Source: Lama guanicoe
Taxonomy: Eukaryota
Reading direction: 5' to 3'
DNA length: 64,000 nt
Assembly (NCBI GenBank): GCA_013239625.1
Contig: MU054085.1
Coordinates: forward strand, 110,666-174,665
Translations under genes and position numbers: made by a program
Part shown: one piece after another, positions 12,075-24,755 of the stretch
Layout: the number at the start of each line of letters is the position of its first letter
Position numbering within the stretch: position 1 is the first letter of the stretch
Notes under the pieces: model-generated
The model's database searches: none
What the model was told of the DNA's origin: nothing
The model's input: the letters and a program-made list of their open reading frames with translations, nothing else

Positions 12075-12589
12075 TGTGGATTACTTTGGGAGTAAGCTCT
12101 TGGCCATCAATCATCATCCTTAATTCTGGAATTGTGCCTGAGAAATAAATGCCAGGCTCTCCTCAGCAATTAAAAGTAAAGGTATGTACGTATTTTCTGC
12201 CACATGGTTTGTTTGGCCAATGGCATATCAGCATATGTGGGACAAGCAGAGACTTGAAAAACACTAGCGCACTGGGACTTGTCCTCTCTTGCTGCTTCTG
12301 AAATCCAGGAGAAGAAGCCTGAGCCCTCCTGCTGGATGATGAGAAACACCGTCTCATTCACAAAGGTTCAGTCACTCTTCTCATCCTGGCTGACAATCTT
12401 CCAAGTGCCAGATATGTGAATAAGGATTCCTTGTGACTGCTGGAGTCACATAACCTGAAGACGTATGAGAGAGTCCAACAAACCAGACCAACCAACCAAC
12501 TAAAAAAATTATGACATGCATGAATAGTTGTTACTTTAAACCACTGCACTTTGGAGTGGTTTGTGGCTCAGCAGGAGCTAACTGATACA
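12075..12589 (+). mobile_element. ERVL-MaLR (MLT1-type) LTR
   Basis: Characteristic 3' end ttgttactttaaaccactgcactttggagtggtttgt...gcaggagctaactgataca; left boundary approximate. Confidence 0.75.
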
Positions 12590-13144
12590 CTATCCAAAGT
12601 CACTCTCTTTTAAGTGTAGCCAAAGAGTACAAACTAAAATAGACTAAAAAAAAAAAAAAGGATTCATATCTAAAATATATCTTGGCATAAAAATTGACAG
12701 TGATGATTTGATTATGGGTAGATGTAATATTTTGATCCTGTTTGAATTTCCTAGGTCAACATTTAACTCTATAGGTATCTTGGAGTACATTTCAGGTTAT
12801 CCATAAAAGAAGAGACCATTTTTGACTTCAAACAACAAAAGAGCAAACTTTGCAGAGCTTAAAAGGATACACAATATTCTGACAATCTATACCCAATCAA
12901 GCTGCCATTTCTATGAAAAGGAACTCTCAAATATGCAAGAAAGTACCAAAGAAACTACCAAAAGACATGCTCCAGGACAATGAGAGATGAGTCAAAATGG
13001 GGATTCAAAATCAGGAAGCCATAGAACTAATAAACTGGTGATAATTAGCAAAACAAAAGTACATAGAAATGACAGTAAATCACTGTTTATGAACTGTATT
13101 TATGAAATTGAATAAAAAACACTTTTAAAAGGGCAGATCTATAT

Positions 13145-13305
13145 ACATTGTTTCCAACCACTTGTAATTAGAAGATTTTTACACTCATAAAAATTACTGA
13201 GAAGCCTAGAGAGCTTTTGTTCATGTAGGTTCTATCTATCAATAGTTAACAACATTTAGAAATAAAAAACTGAGAAAATTTTAGTGATTGTTAAGTCATT
13301 TAAAA
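13145..13305 (+). mobile_element. hAT-Charlie DNA transposon fragment
   Basis: tttacactcataaaaattactgag...agagcttttgttcatgtagg resembles a Charlie1-type end. Confidence 0.55.
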
Positions 13306-13320
13306 ATGACAATAATATAA

Positions 13321-13465
13321 GGGCAAGGGGATAGCTCAGCGGCAGAGCACATGCTCAACATGCATGAGGTCCTGGGTTCAATCCCCAGTACCTCCATTAA
13401 AAAAAATAAATAAATATAATTACCTCCCCCTTCAAAAAAATAAATTAAATAAGTAATTTTTTTTT
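13321..13465 (+). mobile_element. Camelid tRNA-derived SINE (Vic-1-like)
   Basis: A box tagctcagcgg, B box ggttcaatccc, AT-rich tail; TSD-like aatgacaataa at 13305 and 13466. Confidence 0.9.
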
Positions 13466-13479
13466 AATGACAATAACAC

Positions 13480-13640
13480 ATCTAGAGCTCAGATCTAGGT
13501 TTCAAATGCCATTCTCCAATAAAAGAAACCAGGACCCCTTAGGGAAACGGCTGATTATAGGTCTGGGGCAGAAAATACACAGGGTGAGCCTAGAGCATCT
13601 TGTATACCACAAAGTATGAAAATGCTCAAAGCACAGCACA
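13480..13640 (+). mobile_element. Old L1 (L1MC/MD-type) 3' fragment
   Basis: aaatgccattctccaataaaagaaaccagg...ggtctggggcagaaaata...gagcctagagcatcttg. Confidence 0.65.
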
Positions 13641-14297
13641 AACGAAAATGAGAACAGTGTGTGTGAGAGAGAGAGAGAAAAGAAAGAAAGAAAAAAAGAA
13701 AGAACACCTCCATCTATCTTTGACTTAAAAAAAAAACTTTTCTGAATACCTACTGAGTATTTGGAAAAATACAGTGGTAAATTATTTTAAAAGTTGAGGA
13801 TATGAAAGCACTATATATATCAGAGCTACTGGAATGGAGACAAAGTGGATCTAAGTGTTAGATGGTTTCACTATTTGAAAAATAAAAATAAGTGGATGAA
13901 GTATTCAACTCAGAAATTCAAAAAATGTACATTTAAACTTTTATAAAACCAGAAGGAAAAATAAAAATATGAGCAAAAGTTAATGAATGAAAATAGATAA
14001 ATAATCTCTTTGGCAAGTATTTTGGAATAAAAATAAAAAAGAAATTTAAAAAATTAAAGATGGTATATAATTGTATATTATTAAACTAAAAGTCACTATA
14101 AAATATTTTGTCTTAAAAATGTACATTAACAAATTGAAAAAAAATACTGTAGCAGTAATAGAATTAAACAATGTGTTATAGAGTCTTCCCATAAGACTCT
14201 AGGGCTAGCTGGTTTTATGGGTGAGTTCCCTTGCTAATTCCATTGCTGTTTCAGAAAACAAGATTAGTTTTCAATAAATTAAATTCAACTGTGAAAC

Positions 14298-16451
14298 TGA
14301 TACAGGAAAAATGGGGCACAAGAGGATGGCCTTGTCCCAAGTCTTGGCTGAGTCCCTGGGATGTGCCCCTCCAAGTGAGGTTCTTTGGGTTTAATGCAGA
14401 AAAGAATTCAGTCTTTTCAGCAAATGGTGTTGGGAAAACTGGACAGCAGCATCTAAATCAGTGAAGCTAGAATACTCCCTTATACCATACATAAAAATAA
14501 ACTCAAAATGGATCAAAGACTTAAACATAAGACAAGATACAATAAACCTCCTAAAAGAAAACATAGGCAAAACATTATATAGGCAAAACCTGACATATAT
14601 CTCAAAAATGTTCTCCTAGGGCAGTCTAACCAAGCAATAGAAATAAAAGCAAGAATAAACAAATGGGACTTAATTAAACTTACAAGCTTCTGCACAGCAA
14701 AGGAAACCATAAGTAAAACAAAACGACAACCTACAGGGTGGGAAAAAATTTTTGCAAACAATGAAACCGACAAAGGCTTGGTCTCCAGAATATATAAGCA
14801 GCTGATATGACGCAATAAGAAAAAAATGAACAACCCAATCCAAAAATGGGCAGAAGACCTAAACAAGCAATTCTCCAAGGAAGACATACAAATGATCAAT
14901 ATGCACGTGAAAAAATGCTCAATATCACTAATTATCAGAGAAATGCAAATCAAAACTACAATGAGATATCACCTCACACCAGTCAGAATGGCCATCATTC
15001 AAAAGTCCACAAATGACAAATGCTGGAGAGGCTGTGGAGAAAAGGGAACCCTCCTACACTGCTGGTGGGAATGCAGTTTGGTGCAGCCACTGTGGAAAAC
15101 AGAATGGAGATTCCTCAAAAGACTAGGAATAGACTTACCGTATGACCCAGGAATTCCACTCCTGGGCATATATCCAGAAGGAGCCCTACTTCAAAATGAC
15201 ACCTGCACCCCAATGTTCATAACAGCACTATTTGCAATAGCCAAGACATGGAAACAGCCTAAATGTCCATCAACAGATGACTGGATAAAGAAGATTTGGT
15301 ATATTTATATAATGAAATACTATTTAGCCATAAAAATGACAACATAATGCCATTTGCAGCAACATGGATGTCCCTGGAGAATGTCATTCTAAATGAAGTA
15401 AACCAGAAAGAGAGAGAAAGAAAAATACCATATAAGATTGCTTATATGTAGAATCTAAAAAAAATAAAAAGAAGAACATAAATACAAAACAGAAACAGAC
15501 TCATAGACATAGAATACAAACTTGTGGTTGCCAAGGGGGCGAGGCATGTGAAGGGAAAGACTGGGATTTCAAAATTTGTAGATAATGACAGGTATATGCA
15601 GAATAGATAAGACAAGATTATACTGTATAGCACAGGGAAATATATACAAGATTTTGTGGTAGCTCACAGAGAAAAAAAAGTGACAATGAATATATGTATG
15701 TTCATGTATAACTGAAAAATTGTGCTCTACACTGGAATTTGACACAACATTGTAAAATGACTATAGCTCAATAAAATTTTTTTTGAATAAGAAAAGAATT
15801 CAAAAGTGAGCCATAGTTGAGTAAAAGTAGATTTATTTAGAGAGATGCACACTCCATAAACCAAGTGTAGGCCATCTCAGAAGGTCAGAGAGACCACAAG
15901 GCGTGGATGTGGGTGTTTAGTTTAAAGAAAAAGTAGATACATACTCCATTGACAAGTGTGTGAGCCATCTCAGAAGGCAAGAAAAAGTGACAGAGGGTCC
16001 TAGGAAATACACATTTCATAGGCAGAATGTGGACCATTTTTCTCAAGGAAGAGTGGTAGCATCCAAACATGGGATCAGCTAGAAAAATGAGATGGACCAG
16101 GAGATGCAAGGGCTATTAGTTTTTATGGGCTTGGTAACTTCATATGCTGACAAGTGTGAGCATTATTCCAACTACTTTGGGGAAGGGGCTTGGATTGCTG
16201 GGAATTGGGCCATTACCCACTTTTTGACTTTTTAGTTAGCCTTGGAACTGTTACAGAGTCTGTGGGAGTGCCAATTACCATGCTAATATATTACAATAAG
16301 TGCATAATGAAGCTCAGGATCTACTGGAAGTCAAACCTCCTGCCATCTTTGGCCTCCAGGTCTATTGAGAGTTGAATCTCCTGCCATCTTGGTGATAACT
16401 GCTGTGTCATTGCCTTCATGGCTGTGCCCTGCCCCCTTCTCTCCTGTCTTA
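14298..16451 (-). mobile_element. ERV LTR (about 14298-14410 plus 15790-16451) interrupted by a younger L1
   Basis: tgatacagg...cctgtctta ends; minus-strand AATAAA at 15832-15837; three internal repeats of about actccat...agtgt..gccatctcagaagg; sequence is continuous across the L1 TSD. Confidence 0.7.
14411..15789 (+). mobile_element. Young 5'-truncated L1 (ORF2 C-terminus plus 3' UTR)
   Basis: Open 173-aa ORF2 segment at 14826-15347 ([18 protein letters not shown] cysteine-rich motif); perfect 13-bp TSD agaaaagaattca at 14398-14410 and 15790-15802. Confidence 0.95.
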
Positions 16452-16718
16452 AATTCAACAGCCAAAAACCTACTTAATAGTACAGTTCTGGAGGCATTCC
16501 CAGAACTGTAAGAAAGTTAATAAAATCATTATTATTCAATGCTAAAAGTTTTGGTCATTATAAACAACATGAAGCACAAATAAGAGGTGTAACCACTAGA
16601 AAGATGAAGTCAATAATTATTATTTGCAGATGATATGATTGTGTTCATAGAAAAAAAGTCAGCTTAAATACTATTAGAATAAATAAAATGATTAGATAAA
16701 AGATAAGCTCGTAAAAAC
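16452..16718 (+). mobile_element. Old L1 ORF2 RT fragment; probably continuous with L1-like DNA at about 13750-14297
   Basis: ttatttgcagatgatatgattgtg encodes the LFADDMIV RT motif. Confidence 0.65.
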
Positions 16719-16732
16719 AAATTACTTTGCTA

Positions 16733-18165
16733 AACCCATGTACTTAAGGTCAATTAATCTACAACAAGGAGGCAAGACCACACAATGGAGAAAAGACAGT
16801 CTCTTCAATAAGTGGTGCTGGGAAAACTGGACAGATACATGTAAAAGAATGAAATTAGAACATTCTCTAACACCATATACAAAAATAAACTCAAAATGGA
16901 TTAAAGACCCAAATGTAAGACTAGATACTATAAAACTCATAGAGGAAAGCATAGGCAGAACACTCTTGGATATAAATTTCAGCAATATTTTTTTTCAAAC
17001 CAGCTCCTCGAGTAACAGAAATAAAAGCAAAAATAAACAAATGGGACCTAATTAAACTTAAAAGCTTCTGCACAGCAAAGGAAGCCATCAACAAAATGAA
17101 AAGACAACCTATAGACTGGGAGAAAATATTTGCAAATGACACAAGCAAAAAGGAACTAATTTCCAAAATATACAAACAGCTCATAGAGTTTAATAGTAAA
17201 AAAAAAAAAAACCCAATCAAAAAATGGGGAGAAGACCTAAATCGACATTTCTCCAAAGAAGACATCCAGATGGCCAACAGGAACATAAAAAGATGCTCAA
17301 TATCTCTAATTATTAGAGAAATAGAAATCAAAACTACAAGGAGTTATCACCTCACACCAATCAGAGTGGATATCATTTAAAAGTCTACAAATAATAAATG
17401 CTAAAGAGGGTGTGGACAAAAATGAACCCTCCTACACTGTTGGTGGGAATGTAAATTGGTGCAGCCACTATGGAGGAAAGTATGGAGGTTCCTTAAAAAA
17501 TTAAAAATAGACTTACCATGTGATACAGCAATCCCACTCCTGGACATAATATTCAAAGACAAACATAATTTAAAAAGACACATGAACCTCAGTGTTCATA
17601 GCAGCACTATGTACAATATAGCCAAGACATGGAAACAACTTAAATGTCCATCAATAGATGACTGGATAAATAAGATATAGTATATATACAAAATGGAATA
17701 TTACTCAGTCATTAAAAAGAATGAATTAATGCCATTTGTAACAACATGGGTGGACCTAGAAATTATCATACTAAGTGAAGTAAGTCAGACAGAGAAAGAC
17801 AAATATCATATGATATCACTTATATCTGGAATTTGAAAAAATGATACAAATTCTATTTACAAACCAAAAACAGACTCACAGACATAGAAAACAAACTATG
17901 GTTACCAAAGGAGAAGGGGCAGGGAGGGATAAATTAGGGATTGGGGATTGATTAACAGACATATGCTACTATAGATAAAATAGGTAAACAACAAGGACCT
18001 ACTGTAGAGCACAGGAAGCTATATCTAATTTCTTGTACTAACATATAAAGGAAAATAATTGAAAAGAATAAAAAATAAAATGTATGTGTATGTATAACTG
18101 AATCACTCGGCTGTACACCCGAAACTAACGTTGTAAATCAACCACACTTCAATAAAAATTTTTAA
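16733..18165 (+). mobile_element. 5'-truncated L1 (ORF2 C-terminus plus 3' UTR)
   Basis: Frameshifted ORF2 peptides ([13 protein letters not shown]...); perfect 14-bp TSD aaattactttgcta at 16719-16732 and 18166-18179. Confidence 0.95.
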
Positions 18166-20881
18166 AAATTACTTTGCTATGTTACTAGTTGAAAAATATA
18201 AAAGGGATCATTTTAAAATTTGGGATGTGATACTCCAGTTTAAGCCCAATGTAGTTAATTCCCTCTCCTTCTGGAATAGTCCCTGAAATTGTTAAAAAAA
18301 TGTAGAAATCCATTTCAGTGCTGGAAGCTAGTACAGGGTGTCTACCGTGGCCCAGAGCAAGTATCTTCAGGTTGCTGAACAGCTGAGACCTGAGCAAAAG
18401 AGTCCGGGCTGCTGGAGAAAGAGCAACCCACTAAGGAAAACAGATGTGAGGAAGCTGCCCCAGTGCAGAAGGCTGCAGGGGTGATGCTGAGGAAGGGCTT
18501 AAGGGAATAGATGAGGCTTGACCTTGAACTTGCTCCTACTTTTGGAATGTGCAGAAGGCATCAGGGTAAGAAACTGTCAGCTCCAGAGCTTGAACAGCTG
18601 GGGGCATAAACCCTAATGTCTAGAGAAAGAAATGACCAAGATTAGTAAGGGACATGGAGAACAGACTTGAGGGAAACAATTTATACATGGCATTAACTCT
18701 GAGGAGAGGACAATTTTAATTTAATTCTAATTTAAAGAAAATTTCCCTGAACTAGAGATCTGACTTAAAGTTGGAAGGTCTCAGAAATGATAGAAAAATG
18801 TAATATAAACTTCCAAATATACATGCATTCTGTTTTTTTAATATAAAGAATAGAGAAAAATCTTAAATGCATACAGGCAGATATCACAAATTATCTAAAA
18901 TGCAAAAATCAGATGGTGTCCAATTTCTTCACAAAACTAAATGCCAGAAGAACATGTCTAAAGAATTGTGAGAAAATAACTCTGGTTTAATAACTATATA
19001 ATTAGCCTAACTATTTTTCAGGTGCTAAAATATTCATTTTTATTTCATCTTTTTATGCCCTAGTGATTTTTTTAAGCAATAATATTTTTCTTCTAGAAGT
19101 GGATGCCTTAAAATTTTCACATTACTGAATTTTAAAATGCATTGCAAGTAAGAATTTATTTTCAGTTGGAAGCAACTTAAATTTCAGATAGGCAAAAATA
19201 AAAAATTTAAATGACTTGTAATCCCACTTCCAAGATAAAAACTGAGCAGAAGATTTTATTGTGTATAGTTTCAGACTGTCCCCCTATAATCTGTAAGTAC
19301 AAGTAAACACTCTTAAAACACAGTATGGTACTATACTCTACACATTACTTTAAAGCCTGCTTTATTTACTAATTAGAATATCATGAATATATTTTCATAT
19401 TAATGAACATGCTTGTGCAATGCTATTTTTAACGACTGCACAGTTTTTCATTGTGTGGATGATCCACTACTGATTTAATCATCCTCTACAATTGGGCATT
19501 TGCTTCTAAGTTTATAACCTTATAAATCATGCTGATATGAACAGATTGCATATACATTCCTGCTGTATGACTTCTGGAGAATATATTTGTTAACCCAGAT
19601 CAAGTGTATATTTTAAAGTCTTGATAGATAGGAGCAAAGCATCCTCCTGAAAACAGAGCTTATCTTCCCCATAAACTTTTTAATACTTAACATATTTATT
19701 AAGTTTAACCTGAGCTGGTAAATTAAGGAGAAAGTTGTATCCATTATTGGAATACAGGTTTTCATATTCTTTCATGGATGAACTGTTAGATTTTTGATCC
19801 TTGCCTTATTCTTATGGATTAGTTGGAGCTCCTCTGTGTTAGTTATATCAGTGGTTTGTCTCAGACGTTTTTCTCTCAGTTTGTCATGTGCAGAACTTCC
19901 TCACAAAGTTTCCTGACATCTACAGTATTTAACAAATATGTCTATATCTGTATCACTATGTAATGTCAGTACTCAAACCAACAATTTCTTTTATTTTGGT
20001 TTGCCTTGAGTGTTATGCTTCAAAAGCTTCTACTCTATCTCAATTTGTTTGGAATTTATATTGGTTTTAAGTTGTGAGAAAGAAAAACATTTTTATGATT
20101 AGCCCAGAATTTTTCCAGAATATGTTTTATGGACAATATTTCTGTGGGATGTTAACAGGGGTTAGTCGAAAGGAGAATTCTTTGATCAACTAAATTTGGG
20201 AAACACAAGGTTTAAGAAAAACCATCAGATTTCTTTGCTGCAAAATTATCAGAGTAGAGCCTATTCATTACAATTTAATTTGAAATAGCTAAACACTGGA
20301 AGCAATCCAAATATACATCAATATCATGCCAGATAAACAATGTTTTTTCTATACAAAGGAATATTATGCAGCTATAAACAAAAATGAGAATGTTTGCTCT
20401 ATACTGATGGGATATATCTAAAATAAATTGTTAGGAAAATAAGAATAGGGTATATGATACTTTGTGTTAAGAAAGGAAACAAGTAGAATATATACTTAAA
20501 CTTTTTTAGATAAGCATAAAGGAACTTTGGAAGGCTTACAAGGAACTAAAAACAGTGGTTAGAGGAAGAAATCACTTTCTGATTACCTTTTTACACTTCC
20601 TGGTTTTTAAACCACATGAATATATTACCTCAAAAAATAAATTAAAACAATTTTAAATGGAAAGGCTCTTAGAAGCTTCAGTATGTTAATGTATATAGTG
20701 ACTCGCTAAGCTGGGGATAGCGGTGGGTTATGTGGTCATCCATTAATTCATTTGAGTTACAGAATCCTACAGATTTGGTGGTTGTCAGGTTTCCAAAGAA
20801 AGTTATGGGATAATCCTTACAGAACTGACATATGATCTGTAGCATATACCCTATACAAAATGTTAAATCCTTGGGTTTCTC

Positions 20882-20913
20882 TGTGTGTGTGTGTGTGTAT
20901 GTGTGTGTGTGTG
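20882..20913. repeat. (TG)n microsatellite
   Basis: About 16 units with one interruption. Confidence 0.95.
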
Positions 20914-22258
20914 ATTTCTGTTCTGTTTTTTATTGACCAATTCTATTCCCAGGACTGATTGTTTTAATATTTGGAAGAGCAAGTTACTTCTTATCATTTT
21001 TTTGTTATTTTGCTGATATCAAAATTAACTCTTTTTGCTCAAACTTTTCTTGAGCTATTTTTCATCCATTTACTCTTTCAAATGATTTGCTTTAACAGCT
21101 ACCTAAACATACTTGTTGGAATAATTTGAGAAGAATTGATAGCTTTCTGGAATTATATAAAGATAGAAGGGTGCTTTCACCGTTTTTGGCTATGGTGAAT
21201 ACTGCTGCTATGAACACTGGTGTACAGATGAAAACCATGCATACAGAGAAGGAGGATTGTTTCCCTTCCCTTACGTGTTTTACAGGTTTTGGATCATGTG
21301 AAATAATATTTCTCAAATATTCTCTTATGCCATTCAGTAAAGTCTAAAATAGCATGATGTTTTTCATTCTCTCCATATAATTCCCATTTCTTAATTATTC
21401 TGTGTTTTTTTGGTTTCTGTTTAAAGGAAATCTGTTAGTCACTTTCTTTTCTCAAGGACTATTACTGATACAAGCTATTTTTTTGTTAATAGATGCTACA
21501 TTTTAACAAATTTCTTTTTGACATTTACTGAGACAAAAATATGATACTTGCCATTGGCCAATGAATTTGACAAAATATAGTAACAGTTTCCTAGTAACTT
21601 ACTAATCTTGTTTGCTGGAAAAAGTCATGCTCAGAAACAAAACATTGCTATCTTAATAAAATTTTGAATTTTTTTGGTGAGTCTTGTATCTATATTTGTA
21701 AATGGAATTGGCCTGAAAGTTTACTTTCAGAGCTTTCTTTGTCAACTTTTTACATTTAAGTCCTATCAAATGTGTATAATAAATTAGCAAGTTCTCCATA
21801 GAGTTCTGAACTCTTTAAGTGCTTATAGGATATTTGAAAGAAATTCTCTGCACATATTTTGATCCCCAGAGTCTTTTATAAATGTAATTCCTGAACAGCA
21901 CTCTCATTCCTCCCCTCTCAAGCTGTATCAATGTGATTATTTACAGTTTCACAGAAAATCACCCGTTTGATCTTACATCCCATTACCTGTTCAAGCCTGG
22001 ATGTGCTTTCCCTTTCTTTCTCAGTAAGGTCAGCTACCTCTGGAAGTTGATCGTGATAGCACAAAAGAATCCCAAACTGAGTGGTCCCATCTTTCTCAGG
22101 CTTACACTTCCACCTCCTAATTAGGTGTGCAGGACGTACTGCCCATGACAGCCCTTGGTGGCTACGGCCTCCTCTTTGTCTCTATCCGCATAGTGTAGTG
22201 AAATTTCTGGCATTTGTAGGGCAACCTTCCTAGTTTCTGCATTAATGTAAGCTGCTGC

Positions 22259-22385
22259 TGCTTCTCCCTCTCCTCCTCCTCCTCTCTCTCCTCTTGCTTC
22301 CCCTTCCCCTTATGCTTCCCCTTCCCTTTCTTTCCCCATCCTCCTTCCCCCTCCCCCCTTCTTCCTCTTCTCCTCCTTCTTCTTT
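22259..22385. repeat. Polypyrimidine (CT-rich) low-complexity tract
   Basis: About 125 bp, almost only C/T on the plus strand. Confidence 0.9.
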
Positions 22386-24629
22386 ACTTTGTTCATTCTA
22401 ATTTTCCTTTTCTTCTGGGAGTCAGGGTTAACCCTGACTTGTTTTTATGCCTGTTTGATGCTTGCTTTTAGGCTTGTTTTTATGCAACCATTTCCCCCTG
22501 ACATGTCAATGCACTTTTCATTATTGGTTTAACTGCTTTCCATCAACAGCGGTGACAATACCAGGAGTGCTGGACTGTATAAATGTAGTGGGTGTCGGGG
22601 AGGAGATTAATCACAGCAGCTAGCATAAACAATCCTGGAAACACAAACATGCTGGCACCCTTTTGGCCAAGGCCTGGTGTAGCTTGGCAAAGGAGACACA
22701 CTTCTTTTCTTTCCCATTTGTGAAATAATCAAGAATGTGGAAAACTGGGGAAGTAACACTGCAGATACTTTTTCTAATATTCTTTTTTCTTTCTTACTCT
22801 CTGTTGATTTTAAATTTTCATTATTATTAATGAAAATAAAGAATATTTATAAATATAAAAATTTCAGCTAAGATGGTGGATCATGACATACAAAGGCTAA
22901 ATAAAGACAAAGGCATGTATTTATAATCTTCTGTTACCATTGGTATTCATAGAGAATTACATTAGAGTTAATATATCCATGTTCATATACACTTCCACAA
23001 AATCTCCAGATAAGTAGAGTCATGAGTGATGCTGTTTTCTGACATAGCTTGTTTTCCCAAGACGATTGGTAATATTTGGGATTCCAAACAGGCACCTCTT
23101 ACTTTGTGCTTAAACTTTAACACAAAGTTATGTGCAAAGAAGTTTAACATAAAATGACATGTGACCAATATTAATAAATTATTCGGGGAAGCTGAAATCC
23201 CCCAGGCTTGTCTAAATCTCATTCTTTGGGATGTATTTCTCACTTTCATCCTTGCTACAGACTTTTTCATGGCCTTGTTGGTGAGGCCTCTGATAAAGAA
23301 ATGTTGGCTCATTCGTCTTCCTTGTCCTCAGGGCATTGCCCTACAACCTTCCAGGACCACTGCCTCTTGGCAGCCTCTTTAGCATCCTCAAGAGTGGGCT
23401 TGGATCCAAATAACTTTGAAAGCTATTTATTTGCATTTTGCAGTGCCAAATATTTCTTCTTTATTCTTACATCTTTCTTTCACAGTGCTTTTTTTTCTCC
23501 CCTAGGAAGCGTCACTTTTGGTTACCCATGAAACTTTTCTTCCTCATAAGTCAATGCTTCACCATTATAAGACTTCCTAGGTAGTGTGAGTTTAACTAGG
23601 GCTGTCAAAGCTAAGCTACTGAGTTGCTGAAATGACAGCAGGACTCAATTACAAATTATGACAATATTGCATTAATAATGAGCTCGTCTCCACTTTCATG
23701 AGTGTTATGACTTTAGAACAATGTTCTGTAACTGCGGATGGTAGACGTAGACAGGGAATGGGCAGAGGACACTGAACCAGCAGGGAGCTAGGGATGTAGC
23801 TAGAGGCAGCCCACTTTGAAGTCTGCTGTTTTAGCTTCTTGGTCAGCTAGAAGAAATCATTGGAGTATTCAATTTTCAAAGAAGAGGATTAGTTAACAAA
23901 CCTATTATTTACATATACACATATATATTCCTATCAAATTGTAGAAACATGTTTAATGACATGAAAGAATTTGTTTATGATATAGTAAATGAATTCAGCA
24001 GATTATAAGATACATGCAAATGACTCAAATTATGAAAAAATTCAACCCCAATCCTAATAAGAGAAGTGCATTTTTAACTTTAGTGAGCAAAAGTTAAAAA
24101 TCCTGACAATATAGTCTGTTGGTGAGGCTGTGGAAAAACAGAAACTTTCACACGTTGCTGGAGGGAATGTAAATGAGTACAATCCAATATGGAGGACAAC
24201 TATAAAAATTTGACTTAGCTATTCCATTTTGGGGATTTTTATTTTATCAATGTATATTTCTAGCAGTCTATAAAGGTTCTCATTGTTCTATGTCTTCACC
24301 AAGAATACTAAATGCTTACTTTAATCCGACTACTTAACATTTGCTAGTCTAATGGATGGATAGTAAGATCTCATTATGGTTTTAATTTGCATTTCACTGG
24401 TGACGAATAAAGTTGTGTGCCTCTTTATATATTAATTGGTTGTTTGGGTAGCTCTTTTGGTGAGGCACGTTCAAAACTTTTGCTCATTCTTTTATTGGAT
24501 TGCCTTTCTTTTAAAAGTGCTTAATTTAATGCATGAATTAATAAAGAGTCAGTGATCAATGATCAGGATTAGAGGTTAACCATGCAGCCAGAAGGCAAAT
24601 GCAGCAATCCAAGATTTTTTATAAAATCA

Positions 24630-24755
24630 TTTTTTTTTTGGAGGGGGAGGTAATTAGATTTATTTATTTATTTTTTAAATGGAGGGACTGGGGATTGAAC
24701 CCAGGACCCCATGCATGCTAAGCATGCACTCTACCACTGAGCTATACCCTCCACC
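24630..24755 (-). mobile_element. Camelid tRNA-derived SINE (Vic-1-like)
   Basis: Minus strand ggtggagggtatagctcagtggtagagtgcatgcttagcatgcatggggtcctgggttcaatcccc plus A tail; imperfect TSD tataaaatc/tatgaaacc. Confidence 0.92.

Noticed and set aside
13321..13395. tRNA-like sequences (also at 24680, 57810 and 60600)
   Set aside because: These are SINE heads with A-rich tails and TSDs, not tRNA genes.
14563..14589. 11-bp duplication ataggcaaaac within an L1
   Set aside because: Ordinary slippage in a dead element.
14826..15347. 173-aa ORF with a Cys-rich motif
   Set aside because: It is the L1 ORF2 C-terminus inside a TSD-flanked truncated L1, not a host gene. The same applies to the antisense L1 ORFs ([10 protein letters not shown]..., etc.).
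22259..22385. Polypyrimidine tract as a splice acceptor for a hidden exon
   Set aside because: It is purine-rich on the TACR1 sense strand and no plus-strand exon is evident; treated as low complexity.
18600..24520. Several very degenerate L1M-like stretches on both strands
   Set aside because: Probably real old L1 remnants, but I cannot support boundaries or families by eye.
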